64,000 nt of DNA from a virus. The DNA is taken from positions 31,664-95,663 of the IMG/VR virus record IMGVR_UViG_3300028197_001738; one strand, written 5' to 3'. Positions 52,401-58,540 of this stretch are shown piece after piece. Position numbers and translations under genes: made by a program. The number at the start of each line of letters is the position of its first letter. Position 1 is the stretch's first letter. The notes beneath the pieces are model-generated. The model did no database searches, had not been told where the DNA came from, and saw nothing but the letters and a program-made list of their open reading frames with translations.

Positions 52401-54698
52401 AGTAGCGGTTAAAGCTTTAGCTGTATTAATTGAAGATTCTTGTATTTCTACTCCTCCGATACTATCAGATAAACTAGTAGCCATCTTGTCTATTAATTTT
52501 GGTAATTTCTTTTTTTCTTTATCAAAAGCTTTAGTTTCACTAAAACCAGAAACTTCTATTGGTGCGACATACTGATCACAACCTATCGTTGTTCTAACCA
52601 TGTCGTAATCTGGAGGATTGCCCATGGAAGGTATAAGCATACCATAGGATCTTGAGCTTTCATAAACATCTCCACCATCAGCAAATTTTTGAACAGTTCC
52701 TATTCTAGCAGACTTTCTCGCTCTTCCTCCGCTACCATATTTATTCATATTCTGCAGCTGTTCTGTTCCTATAGTATCAACAGCTTTCTTTCTTATTACG
52801 AACTCGCCAGGCTGCAACATCGCGGGAACCGTATCTCTATTACCTGTTCCTGGTACAGAGCCACCTCTTGCGAATTGTAGTGGTTTTCCATCAGGGCCTA
52901 ATGATCCTGTTGATCCACCAGACCTACCTGTACTAGAAGATCTAACAATATTAGCTAGGGCATCTACAGAAGATGTTAATTTTGTTAAAGCAGAAGTGTT
53001 CGTGGATAAAGCAGATATGTTTTTAATAAGCTCGCTTGAAATATTTTTATTATTGTCTTTTTGACTAGTAGCAGTTGCTAGCTTGGTTGCTGCTTCAGCA
53101 ATTACTTTAGCTGCGGTATTCGTCTGTTGTTCTGGAGTACCAGCACCTCCTTGAACTTTCTTTAAACCTCCGACAAAACCTGTTCCGAATTGTTTGAGTG
53201 CAGACGCCCCTTTTTCTAAACCTATCAAAGCTAATACAGGCAAAGCTCCCTTGACAGCACCAGCTAAACTTAAAATGGTTTTTGTAACACCAAGAGCACC
53301 TTTCGCCAGAGTTTGAAAAGTATCGCTACCAACTATATCACGAGTAAGAGTGGTAAATTGTTCTCTTACTTTAGCAATCTGATTGGCTAATGACTGCTGA
53401 GCTTTTACAGCATCAGTAGCAAGAGATCCCTGACCAGTTTGAGCAACCTTCAATGCTTCTTGAGCTGTGCTAAATCTTTGGATTAAAGGAATAACCTTAC
53501 CAATCTGTCTAAATCCACCGAGCTGCTCTACAATACCTCCGAATTCTATAGACCTAGGATCTAAACCAGACAAACCGCGAGACAAAGCTTCTACTGCATT
53601 AAAAGCACCAACAAATTTGCCTTCAACATCAGTTAATTGAACACCAAAGGCTTCCAAAGCTTCTATGGTGTCTCCTCTTTGTATTCTAGTAAAGATGGTT
53701 CTTAAGCCCGTTGCAATAGTTTCTGCACTTTCACGAGTTGTAGACCTAACACTTGTAAACACAGCTAAGAATTCATTTAATGCGTCTGTACCGGAGCTTA
53801 CGCCTGAACTAGCTGTAGCGAACACACCACCAGCACGTTGTATTGCGGTAATTAAGTCTGTTGATTCAACAGCAAAACTAGCAGCTACAGAATTTATAGA
53901 AGACAGGGCTTTTTCTAAATCTTGCGTACCTATACTAAACTGTCTCATTAAAGCAACACTACCCTCAACGGTCTGATTAAGATTGGTAAACGAAGGCGCT
54001 AGTTCTGTTAATGCCAATGCCTTTAAAGCTGTTTGGGTCTCTTGTGCAGATAACCCAGCCTGAGCTAACGTGTCAGATATGCCAATTAAGCTTGCGGATG
54101 AAACACCTAGACCAGTAGATAGATTGGCTATAGTACCAGATAAAGACTGTAAGCTTTGTTGAGACTTACCAGTAATTTGTTCTATTCTTACCATCTGACG
54201 TTCGAAATCAATAGCAGCACTTACGCCTTGATTAATGGCTCCACTCAATTTAAATATAATACCTGAAACAACACTAAAAGCAGCAAATCTACGAATAGCT
54301 AATGCTCCTTGTCTACCAAACTCTTCCATCTCTGTTTTTGCTTCAGACAAAGCTCCGGAAGAGTCGGAAGCAGATTCAGACACTTGTTGAATTGATGCCG
54401 CTGCTTTTTTAGTATCAGAAGCCAATTTATTGGCTTTGATAGAAGCAACAGAAGATTTTAAGTTAGATAAAGCTTTAGCTGCTGAATTAGCGCTGGTCGT
54501 TGTTTGACTAAGAGTAGTATTAAAAGTTTTTAAAGAAGCGTTCAAAGATGCTACATTTTTTGCTGACCCAGGATCTAGTTTGAATTTTAGATCGCCCGTA
54601 ATGGTTCCTACTTGCTTCTTAATATCAGATACTATAGATCCTATATTTTTAGGACCTCTTAGATTTAATTGTGCTGTTAAATTAAAAGCTTGTGCCAT
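40437..54698 (-). CDS. Tape measure protein (TP901-like N-terminus) carrying multiple enzymatic-looking cassettes
   Basis: 4753 aa; FERQMVRIEQITG...LAQAGLS...TRESAETIATGLRTIFTRI core; follows tube and chaperone genes; five DTVPA(M/L)L(T/Q)PGEFV modules. Confidence 0.92.
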   Translation of the reverse strand: MAQAFNLTAQLNLRGPKNIGSIVSDIKKQVGTITGDLKFKLDPGSAKNVASLNASLKTFNTTLSQTTTSANSAAKALSNLKSSVASIKANKLASDTKKAAASIQQVSESASDSSGALSEAKTEMEEFGRQGALAIRRFAAFSVVSGIIFKLSGAINQGVSAAIDFERQMVRIEQITGKSQQSLQSLSGTIANLSTGLGVSSASLIGISDTLAQAGLSAQETQTALKALALTELAPSFTNLNQTVEGSVALMRQFSIGTQDLEKALSSINSVAASFAVESTDLITAIQRAGGVFATASSGVSSGTDALNEFLAVFTSVRSTTRESAETIATGLRTIFTRIQRGDTIEALEAFGVQLTDVEGKFVGAFNAVEALSRGLSGLDPRSIEFGGIVEQLGGFRQIGKVIPLIQRFSTAQEALKVAQTGQGSLATDAVKAQQSLANQIAKVREQFTTLTRDIVGSDTFQTLAKGALGVTKTILSLAGAVKGALPVLALIGLEKGASALKQFGTGFVGGLKKVQGGAGTPEQQTNTAAKVIAEAATKLATATSQKDNNKNISSELIKNISALSTNTSALTKLTSSVDALANIVRSSSTGRSGGSTGSLGPDGKPLQFARGGSVPGTGNRDTVPAMLQPGEFVIRKKAVDTIGTEQLQNMNKYGSGGRARKSARIGTVQKFADGGDVYESSRSYGMLIPSMGNPPDYDMVRTTIGCDQYVAPIEVSGFSETKAFDKEKKKLPKLIDKMATSLSDSIGGVEIQESSINTAKALTATAAGKLFEGFVFAAADLQDPGTDRFDIPVANQTIKGLTDQPISDLTDVKLSDTYPNRRSIIEKAVAVDRGNFSPSDIPFERRGRPKADCYYNSGGMVQKFLEGGMVQDIADQKSMSVEDVIKDQIGSLGGIQSVKQILGLSKGDRTLDSVLRSNNIGSNLDQATEIMNQALQARTTTLDNVLRSQATDFEEQVGIVGLLPIGYNKDKVYDLANTKVNIKSRGLGERYKESVNKMQAATKDSAVSFANDLENANIFQGSDPNQIGPVRPIAFDFDETLASNTAILDSEGKEDIPQYYNRDRVAEALRGARPTPIVSKLLELEKQSPGYIRNNTRVLTARPQLTADLVADTLQRFGLPYETSSVTGVSQTPNTTNVPELKAQNMSAAEKLIDDSLSNVTAVLGSGKAAYRYQEPSTPTTKLEELTGQGNIEGAIIERTMALLGAPLPPGAEQNRAIDYPNGLGAASQYFPGIDSGMPTEVKRIINKDSLKRARGEFTRYFEEKAQKKFFGGAISGNTGKVYNDLLKAVLPSEMFQGDKLMTKDGQEWEAPKNANFNWRGILYRLLGGSRGAYFPDFTKDLDAFISQQGLNPDTEQKASSSLGDAGSNQKRWLAVFDKHRDDIIAHEGFHDVQSYLLQNYPDISSKLDSAVINREAEISDFINNTKDLGYSAEDVFASEYPLEDDKNKKQLLSSQMRGEAVPMMLQSYKSSKNKQAEALLKEIFAESGLQSDFFTKFKDGGEAAIAESAIRKDIGVTDAGSAISAYFTQGKSTGDVVANNIGNGLYAATSAQVSGGGGRSLYDAVMETATANGGSLTSDRSRVSSASLTRIWTNYFNKGAGQDGASVGKSLVPSENMYTGSYFKEQDYPSEDPSTWTGAALPLQYAYTKAPTTQYMSQFANGGSVEDTVPALLTPGEFVINKKAASKLGAAKLNKLNKADKIQGYNKGGMVGGVAKFEVGGEVTAEQIQQITNAMLKALFEMPDDLRKASALFLKQTEFAAGEVSGSVQNIMGTLNKTMTQTISGAPELVDTIRNMLNAGKRVAEDIERSQIKSDPGFNAAELAANPAVTESRSRRLSGDMSDFVNMDSIQQSSPVAPAPSSVEDITEATRKSAGDLAAAIEFVKAEMLEAAKSTKSEAFEGLRQSGKSPSESLAVARNLATQSGIAKGGSLIQETGAGSVRGRFDADIKDVIQGIKQAITRSDLASVDITQGRPQATPNVLFQANPGQKIKEKADKDSAIATQKKTKADAESQRQANRFALSIGIAGGVVSQLLGDIGGASKVVGAFVRSLSTSVAIISKTTDQYTRTARPQLESLLPKIADKFKLPEGFTKGVLKATDALFGYGKFLVAGVQVLKATSNAYYEWIKTLNNRRLTTALDSLSNRLSQLEKNLKNINNSEAFVREVQEASELSNRQVSLDRQSPEGFLNVGNRFVNQAFGADRRGEELNLIKNRLGELAFAQSANAVLFRGASDENRQEFMFNDIIPQIAIETSNAASKVINPLLQSLPSLIKSGEFESADDFQALLGTSDAASSLATSLAATDVAVQREIEQIKSNIDLTDDEKNARVNNLQFITASTIAQREFNVAMRQIEFDRLNKQVNQMVSSLSRLNTSLNQIVSRFDFASKLSATNLDLTTAALSGQAKLGNINLESIDTLRNPRAYSDDQVRGARDMASSSFGLDQQAIRPLLDLITNLEDSMNQAINSAISENPGASDKALTAAIEKAAIQSIRDLELPQNVEELTLKQVRSQIQQISTRGDGRITAQELIEALPSLSKQVDAARAAQESAVKSLEAWQNTVNSYTESMNRQIQLQVEYTQLISKAANIQNKGIISLSEAFKNEGILRSKINAFTQTITDLTSVGGGAGSTAPANIGQNILNLEKRRKAEEDFARSLAENGATSSEALREVREAAAETAIQLRQNYAALQELASNSEVASSALSRINEIQGRISAGTSFLEKLSTSSAGDINKTFRRLGELSENLAGNTVGRSNAQSRSERLQLFNSIAPLLGTGRTQNEFRANVLGSMLKEANVPLDSNLQNILDALRDPESDSEMAETISIYKEAVQKQADANVILAGIKQELSASEQKGTTDLLNGFQNIVENYITKQLTEISAGIRDLPGALDIRIQGKSDGGIIYAAGGSQIFKPKGTDTVPAMLTPGEFVVNRQATSKNLGMLKSINDGNTSYYESGGFVGSGFYANDPPVADLRERSLGVRKSIDENKGMSDNQYPYKQLPGGSVNDSDLLPDFNEKQLYTARVNRVFYGPAKELSVGVKGIFKQMKNAMGDENNDEPMSSQISGDFANVRMPNLDGDLSNYNFSPGKGFENLKIVINRSGGIRTGRAKNTQPTNITEGIEAKEFAKSYYLSDATTNKIIESSDYINKEDKDHAQQVLGDNVERLSNLKASITEGIISSSEDFKQNAQKSFGSSFDYSISAPKTGSSNLSLSIGGLGQSLDGGPQNLGLFDKQGAIKTLGASDGGLGIGKNAENPQLLGNAAKVAYKDQSLIGSYSGRIESPTDLIIKYIENTEDQLSRYSTDLSNDNFLGLTEKGKQLTLIQQKIKGLYEGTRNYATISSEDFKNLQFAPFGVDDLNDTFFPISLYAEGSSPRQKAAPEVKNIFDTYYKDIAKPYERYSDWSKQGFGSSLDFYKATNSEEDIDLELPFFFKHFGPEASSLPPPSESAIKVKTKTLGDSADATTVPIKYNEVSGKYYDRRESDFIEDISDKMYTVDPYKQPPLGPFYNKSPVYANTHLAEFSNLDDLKAYRSVMSMGFGAFKNSGDPDTWSDTDIAFDDAGYINKADPSSLSQLGLNEKAKNFAYIKDSLTSGAYEPSTDYVKAVQKYLKDKTGSTGGSALGVAEDLDSDLTDALRVTMARFIEKQDQTTGIMPESLSDINSMRSKLNSEIGAIDDPKNNKGIELEALRRLYTTVGGVRGVSTTQTLGLLPGDMKKATDLSSAVKVADPNLRGREKTLYYDKLTAEGEQGFNNFIDSALSKEVNIIRAKRLGGSADLSDDLTKEVTNDFKGGRYYEIGADGSRTEITPDKSAPNDYQTLFKRVLTPTNIFPGPSTRSKYLDELSYFFENRINNGQQVYTPDFIASTKEALVGNPNSIQKYFENFDKLINSSLSSDDILDNSNSPEEIAKTTNIASEFAAGAHRKLTAGRYGSLYTSSNDKSLEKFLKDEAENPVNKATGGMIYANEGRLINFQPRGTDTVPAMLTPGEFVVNRQATQNNLPLLKQINSGGSKGYQDGGVVYLAGGDMVTPFTKGATGIVKAIEAFSEGDVEKGLGYSGKATGDFASLIPSSFYESGTRSALDFVQLRGAEKIAQSVGERSGNIPYPIKGAGNALVFFGNIFAMVDKLQHGIDEFANSSSSSEGLYNSSDYFGKSAAYGVSSLKEIAGLFYSLKSMQGLGDSATQFKAYEKYLARGRLLIDGALAAKKVAEGKVSGGDFLEQALLGNAEASGLRGNEVFDSSILGAMAGDLGEMANTTYNLTSAGVPGPISALIASSLVLKRNTQALYAQSNALQNEMAEVQQGNVSLRSFDIKRLSESGSSVPMNTPLNEIGTIKAEASGGGLSQWLANNLFLSDTLKDKTLRQIMDSYGGAIVDSSMTSIPKTQEDKNGLLKSLFDRDDAYSDLFKNLAGDTYLGASSNLGKRTKGFKSDIDLNRVQKIQRDALVTANNDYNSIKGIEYNNFNKSSLGQTVLKNLQSQQRSPNIVAESNRAEGLHASAQLAKSLVELTRASAEAITAGAQADLSEILANSNQSQYRRSGGPIYASSGSHINFQPKGTDTVPAMLTPGEFVVNRESTQKHLGVLRAINSGEYSVGGIASYLQGGGLALPNYYRNGAQVGPSNSQPTFDASRFINNVIGRFTSKITSAIESALNGLDRQTGDAGGVSSSIESAVSSIDQFVSRLDRIASTLSSLDIPQEIKITGKHEVNVIINGDAALNSLKPDLATLVTDGIKGAFNTFRDNNPSLQDTMNFDVNP
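40995..52835 (-). repeat. Five dispersed DTVPAMLTPGEFV modules in the TMP
   Basis: Copies at about 52800-52835, 49656-49694, 45921-45959, 42738-42776 and 40995-41033 (aa about 622, 1669, 2914, 3975, 4556). Confidence 0.95.
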
Positions 54699-54718
54699 AA
54701 TAATAAAACCTTATAGTC

Positions 54719-54758
54719 AAAAAACAAAAGCCTCTACCGCAATAGGCAGGTAGAGGCT
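54719..54758 (-). terminator. Intrinsic terminator between the chaperone and TMP genes
   Basis: Minus strand AGCCTCTACC-TGCCTATTGC-GGTAGAGGCT-TTTGTTTTTT: 10-bp stem plus U-tract. Confidence 0.85.
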
Positions 54759-54789
54759 GATGTAAATAAATATCATTACAAAATTAAAA

Positions 54790-55710
54790 TCAAGCAGTTT
54801 TTTCAGTATCCTTTGACTTTTTAGATTTGGTCTTTGCAGACGAAGCCCTAGGGCTTTCAGGCTCTTCTGATTTGGCTGATGTTGTGTCTGCAATTTCTTC
54901 ATCTTTTACTTCTTCGTCTACTATTACTGGTTGTCCACTATCGTCTAAAAACGGCTCTTGTTCGACAATAAAATCACCTTGGCTATCAACTAAGTTTCCA
55001 AACTTATCAACAAACTCGCCACTGTCATTGATAAATCTTCCGTTTTCGTCAACCAGTCTTCCTTCTGCGTCGATAAATCTTCCTTTTTTATCAACTAACC
55101 TTAAATTATCATCTACAAATTTATATTTCTTTAAGAATTTATTTTCAGGTAAATTCTTCTCATAATCGTTATCCAAACCGTACATCATGTTAGCCAAAAT
55201 TTGAGCACCCTTAAGTGATACCTCTTCGGTAGCTCTGTTTAGGTAGTCTTCCATATCTTTAAAATATGGTTGTTTCGTATCGTTATACACCACACAGGCA
55301 CTTACTAAATAATTAAATCTATTGTTATCAGCTTGGCCTTCGGCACTATGATTATCTAGACTAGTTCTCACACTAATCAAATCTCTAATGTCGTCTCTAA
55401 TGACCTTCATTCTAACAGCTAGGTCTTTAGCTTCGTTTAGGCCAAAACCACCTTTAGCAAGACGTTTTTCGCCATCTGAAAGCTCTTTCTGTAATCCTGT
55501 AAATTTAGCCTGTTTCTCATTGTCCCACAGTCCCTGATCTGATAATAGGTCATCTAGCTTTGCTCTTACAACACTTTTGCTTTTAATAGCATCCGTAAAA
55601 GCTTGATTATAAACCTTTTGTGCTTCTCTGTTATCTTGCAGAGTAGGGCTCTTAACAAGAAACTCAACTTCTTTATCTTCTATAGTTACTGTAAAAGTTT
55701 TAGTCTTCAT
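54790..55710 (-). CDS. Putative tail assembly chaperone with C-terminal 7-aa hairpin repeats
   Basis: Directly upstream of the TMP; (L/F)(V/I)(D/N)xxG repeats; charged disordered tail. Confidence 0.6.
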   Translation of the reverse strand: MKTKTFTVTIEDKEVEFLVKSPTLQDNREAQKVYNQAFTDAIKSKSVVRAKLDDLLSDQGLWDNEKQAKFTGLQKELSDGEKRLAKGGFGLNEAKDLAVRMKVIRDDIRDLISVRTSLDNHSAEGQADNNRFNYLVSACVVYNDTKQPYFKDMEDYLNRATEEVSLKGAQILANMMYGLDNDYEKNLPENKFLKKYKFVDDNLRLVDKKGRFIDAEGRLVDENGRFINDSGEFVDKFGNLVDSQGDFIVEQEPFLDDSGQPVIVDEEVKDEEIADTTSAKSEEPESPRASSAKTKSKKSKDTEKTA

Positions 55711-56014
55711 TGGTATTCTCCTGATTTTCCTGGTCTTGGTTGTCGAAGTAAAATTTGTAATGGTATTTGTTTTTAACTCTGCTATTATTAAGATATTTAG
55801 TTATATCGTCCAATGCTGATCTTGCTTGTTTATTACCGTTATTTAAAATACTATTCCTAGCATCTTCCCAAAGATCCTCAAATTTCTCTCTGTCTTTATG
55901 ATCATTTTCCCATAAAAAACCAAAAGATTCTTCAAACCTAGCCAAAGCTCCTATCATTGTAGTTTGAAAATTTTTATAAACTTTATTTGTCAACTCTTGT
56001 TTTTGATTATTCAT
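55700..56014 (-). CDS. Hypothetical tail-region protein
   Basis: 104 aa, coupled to neighbours; TTMIGAL..FE..FG.LW...R..ILN.GN. Confidence 0.7.
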   Translation of the reverse strand: MNNQKQELTNKVYKNFQTTMIGALARFEESFGFLWENDHKDREKFEDLWEDARNSILNNGNKQARSALDDITKYLNNSRVKNKYHYKFYFDNQDQENQENTNED

Positions 56015-56016
56015 AA

Positions 56017-57066
56017 TTATTTCCTACGGTTTTGCCTTTGCATTTCTACAGATTTAGCTCTTAAGTCCATTTTAATATCAGGGAATTCAAAATCTGTAGA
56101 TTTCCCAGTCCTGTCTAAATGATCAGATCTTTGTTTCATTTTTCTTTTTGACTCTAAAGAATTCATAGAAAGAACTTCTGAAACCTCTGACTGATTTTCA
56201 GACATTAAAAAGACTTCTTGTGCTTTTTTTAGTTTTGGATTTAAATTATCAACTCGCTCTTGTTTTTTCTTGCTTTCTGTTTTTCTCTTTTCGAATAACA
56301 TCCAGCCCTCTAACATATCATCATCTTTAATTACTTCTTCCTCTGGGCATTCAGGATGCTCATGTACATTGTCATACATTCTGCTAACATTCACTAATGT
56401 TCTTTGATCAAAACTCCACTCCGATGCGCTTCCTGGAAAAACATTACCCTTATTAGCATTCCAATACATTCTCCACATATCAGTTCTAGCTAACAATTTA
56501 AATTGAGGAGAATCTAAAACATGCTCATTAATTTCTTTAACTAAATTATTGAATAATGTATAAGAGTGTTCGTTATTTTTTATTCCTTTATCAAAGACTA
56601 GCTTATTATCTCTGTATAATGTATTGCAGATTACGTGCTCATTTTTAATTGAAGAGGCATACCCTTCAAGAGTATGAGAGAATATATCAGATTTAGAATT
56701 AAGAAGCCTGTTTATCTGATTCCTGATGGTTTTTAGTTTCTTTTTGTTGTCTTGAACGGCTTTAGTTGAAGCTCTTTGTTCGTAGAGCCTAACCTTGGTG
56801 TCGTCAATACTTTTGTCTAAGCTTTTAAGTATAGTTTTCGTATCCATTGTCCATAAACCTAATGTTGTAAGTATCCTGTCTAAATTGTCTTCTCTAAGCC
56901 ATTCGTTATATTTTTCTTCATAAATAATTTTATTATACAAGATTTCGGACTCATACTTGATATCAATGCTAGGTTGACGAAGTTCGTATGTGTCATTCTT
57001 ATAAAAGAAATAGAATTTTCCACTTATTATCCTGTATAATAGAATTTCAAGAGCTGCATCATTCAT
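56017..57066 (-). CDS. Putative tail assembly chaperone-like protein
   Basis: Helical; MYDNVHEHPECPEEEVIKDDDMLEGW; lies between tube and TMP. Confidence 0.55.
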   Translation of the reverse strand: MNDAALEILLYRIISGKFYFFYKNDTYELRQPSIDIKYESEILYNKIIYEEKYNEWLREDNLDRILTTLGLWTMDTKTILKSLDKSIDDTKVRLYEQRASTKAVQDNKKKLKTIRNQINRLLNSKSDIFSHTLEGYASSIKNEHVICNTLYRDNKLVFDKGIKNNEHSYTLFNNLVKEINEHVLDSPQFKLLARTDMWRMYWNANKGNVFPGSASEWSFDQRTLVNVSRMYDNVHEHPECPEEEVIKDDDMLEGWMLFEKRKTESKKKQERVDNLNPKLKKAQEVFLMSENQSEVSEVLSMNSLESKRKMKQRSDHLDRTGKSTDFEFPDIKMDLRAKSVEMQRQNRRK

Positions 57067-57202
57067 CCTCTGTCCCGGTTTGTCTTAATATTTTATTTTG
57101 ATCTTTTTCTTTATCTAAATCCTCTTGTAGGCTTTGTATAAGCTTTTGAGCATTATATAAGTCTACATACATTTTTCCTATAATTGCAAATACTTCTTCC
57201 AT
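57059..57202 (-). CDS. 47-aa coiled-coil protein missing from the ORF track
   Basis: MEEVFAIIGKMYVDLYNAQKLIQSLQEDLDKEKDQNKILRQTGTEDE*; SD AAGGA 8 nt upstream; stop overlaps the next ATG (ATGAATGA). Confidence 0.75.
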   Translation of the reverse strand: MEEVFAIIGKMYVDLYNAQKLIQSLQEDLDKEKDQNKILRQTGTEDE

Positions 57203-57269
57203 AAAAATATTCCTTGTTCCATCTGTCTAAAATCCTACTTCTTCTCTCACCACCCACCAACACAAGCTC

Positions 57270-58373
57270 TTAAGTAGCTACATTCGTTAGGCTTGCAAAG
57301 CCAGTGTTTCCGGTAACAGCAACTTTAAAAGCGTTAAACGTTTGGAAACTATAAGTAATAGTAGCATTTCCACCGCCAGTGTCACCACCAGTGTAGTTGA
57401 TACTAGATAGCTTATTTTTGTCTCCAAGGTCAACAGCTAGTGTGTCTCCAGTACCAGTACCACAAACAACAACTTTAATGCTCTTGTTTACAAGGTTCTG
57501 ATAAGTAGAATCACAGCCAGTAGTACTGGCGAAGTCATCAGCATCAACTTGATCGCCTTCACTGCCGATAACTTCAAATTCACTAGTTACTTCAACAGGG
57601 AAAGTGACGTAACGATAATAAGGAGTCATAGCTCCAAGCTCGTTAATCTGTTCACGTCCTAGGTCGGTACTAAGCGTAATATTTTGTAAATATGGGAAAG
57701 TTCTTGTTCCACCACTAGGAATTGGAATACCTCCGTTACCCGTAGGTAGATCACAAGCAGTTGGATCAATCTTATATCTACGAGCAGTAGCAGGAGAAGT
57801 TTCTGAATTTACTCCATTTTCAAAATTGAAATCGGTATTTGCTGCATCCCATTCAGCCTCTCGGTTCCAAAGCTTATTATTACCAACAAGGGTAACATCT
57901 TCTGTGGAATTACCGTCTACAGGGAAAGTGTAAGAAACACTGTTTAAGTACATACCCGTGCAATCGACAGCATCTCTAGCAGCACCCGAAGCAGCAGAAT
58001 TGGTATCGGAGAAAATACCTAATCTAACGTTAACCCTATTGTTGGCAATTGCTGCTAAATCTTTATCATTAGCGAGTTCAAGAATGGTGCTGGAAGAATC
58101 ATCGGCACCACCAACGCACATAAGATAAAGAGGCAAAGTGCCATCAATAACTTTATTTAAAGTAACTTCAATATCAGGCACATCTTCTACTTGATCATAA
58201 ACATCAAGTTGGCCGAGTTGGAATATTTGTTCAAGACTAAAATTGGTGGTTATACCAACGCTCTGAACACCCCTTGGTCTAAACCAGGTAGACTGCTTAA
58301 AAGATCCATCGGAATTCATTGGTTTTAATAATACTGCTTGTGTAGCGTAGTAAATTCTATTGTTTGCGGGCAT
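57270..58373 (-). CDS. Major tail tube protein
   Basis: RGVQSVGITTNFSLEQIFQLGQL..Y...E..PDIEVTL and DLGREQINELG...PYYRYV.FPVEVT beta pattern; SD GGAG; position between terminator and chaperones. Confidence 0.8.
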   Translation of the reverse strand: MPANNRIYYATQAVLLKPMNSDGSFKQSTWFRPRGVQSVGITTNFSLEQIFQLGQLDVYDQVEDVPDIEVTLNKVIDGTLPLYLMCVGGADDSSSTILELANDKDLAAIANNRVNVRLGIFSDTNSAASGAARDAVDCTGMYLNSVSYTFPVDGNSTEDVTLVGNNKLWNREAEWDAANTDFNFENGVNSETSPATARRYKIDPTACDLPTGNGGIPIPSGGTRTFPYLQNITLSTDLGREQINELGAMTPYYRYVTFPVEVTSEFEVIGSEGDQVDADDFASTTGCDSTYQNLVNKSIKVVVCGTGTGDTLAVDLGDKNKLSSINYTGGDTGGGNATITYSFQTFNAFKVAVTGNTGFASLTNVAT

Positions 58374-58421
58374 CTTATATTCTCCGATTTAATGATATTT
58401 ACGGGTTGTATTGGGTAACGG

Positions 58422-58434
58422 TAATTAATACACC
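58422..58434 (-). promoter_or_regulatory. Candidate late promoter motif GGTGTATTAATTA
   Basis: Intergenic, about 49 nt upstream of the tube gene. Confidence 0.55.
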
Positions 58435-58501
58435 AAGTGAATACAATTTACGCTTTTTGTTTTTATTTTAAAGCGGCCAAAACTCTAGTCGTCGTCTCTG
58501 A

Positions 58502-58515
58502 TAATACTATACACT
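58502..58515 (-). promoter_or_regulatory. Second candidate motif AGTGTATAGTATTA
   Basis: Same intergenic region, same GTGTA+AT-rich core. Confidence 0.4.
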
Positions 58516-58540
58516 ATAAAAAATATTTTCTTATCTTATA

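Noticed and set aside
40995-52835. DTVPAMLTPGEFV copies as CRISPR, IS ends or inteins
   Set aside because: In-frame coding repeats with synonymous divergence, kb apart; no Hint C1 or HN-C/S/T motifs seen.
40459-53976. Short antisense or alternative-frame ORFs inside the TMP
   Set aside because: Fully nested, no recognisable motifs; expected by chance.
54790-57066. Lambda G/GT-type programmed frameshift
   Set aside because: I could not identify a convincing slippery site joining these ORFs; each has its own ATG.
58451-58475. CGCTTT...AAAGCG inverted repeat upstream of the tube gene
   Set aside because: Only 6 bp with a long loop; too weak to call.
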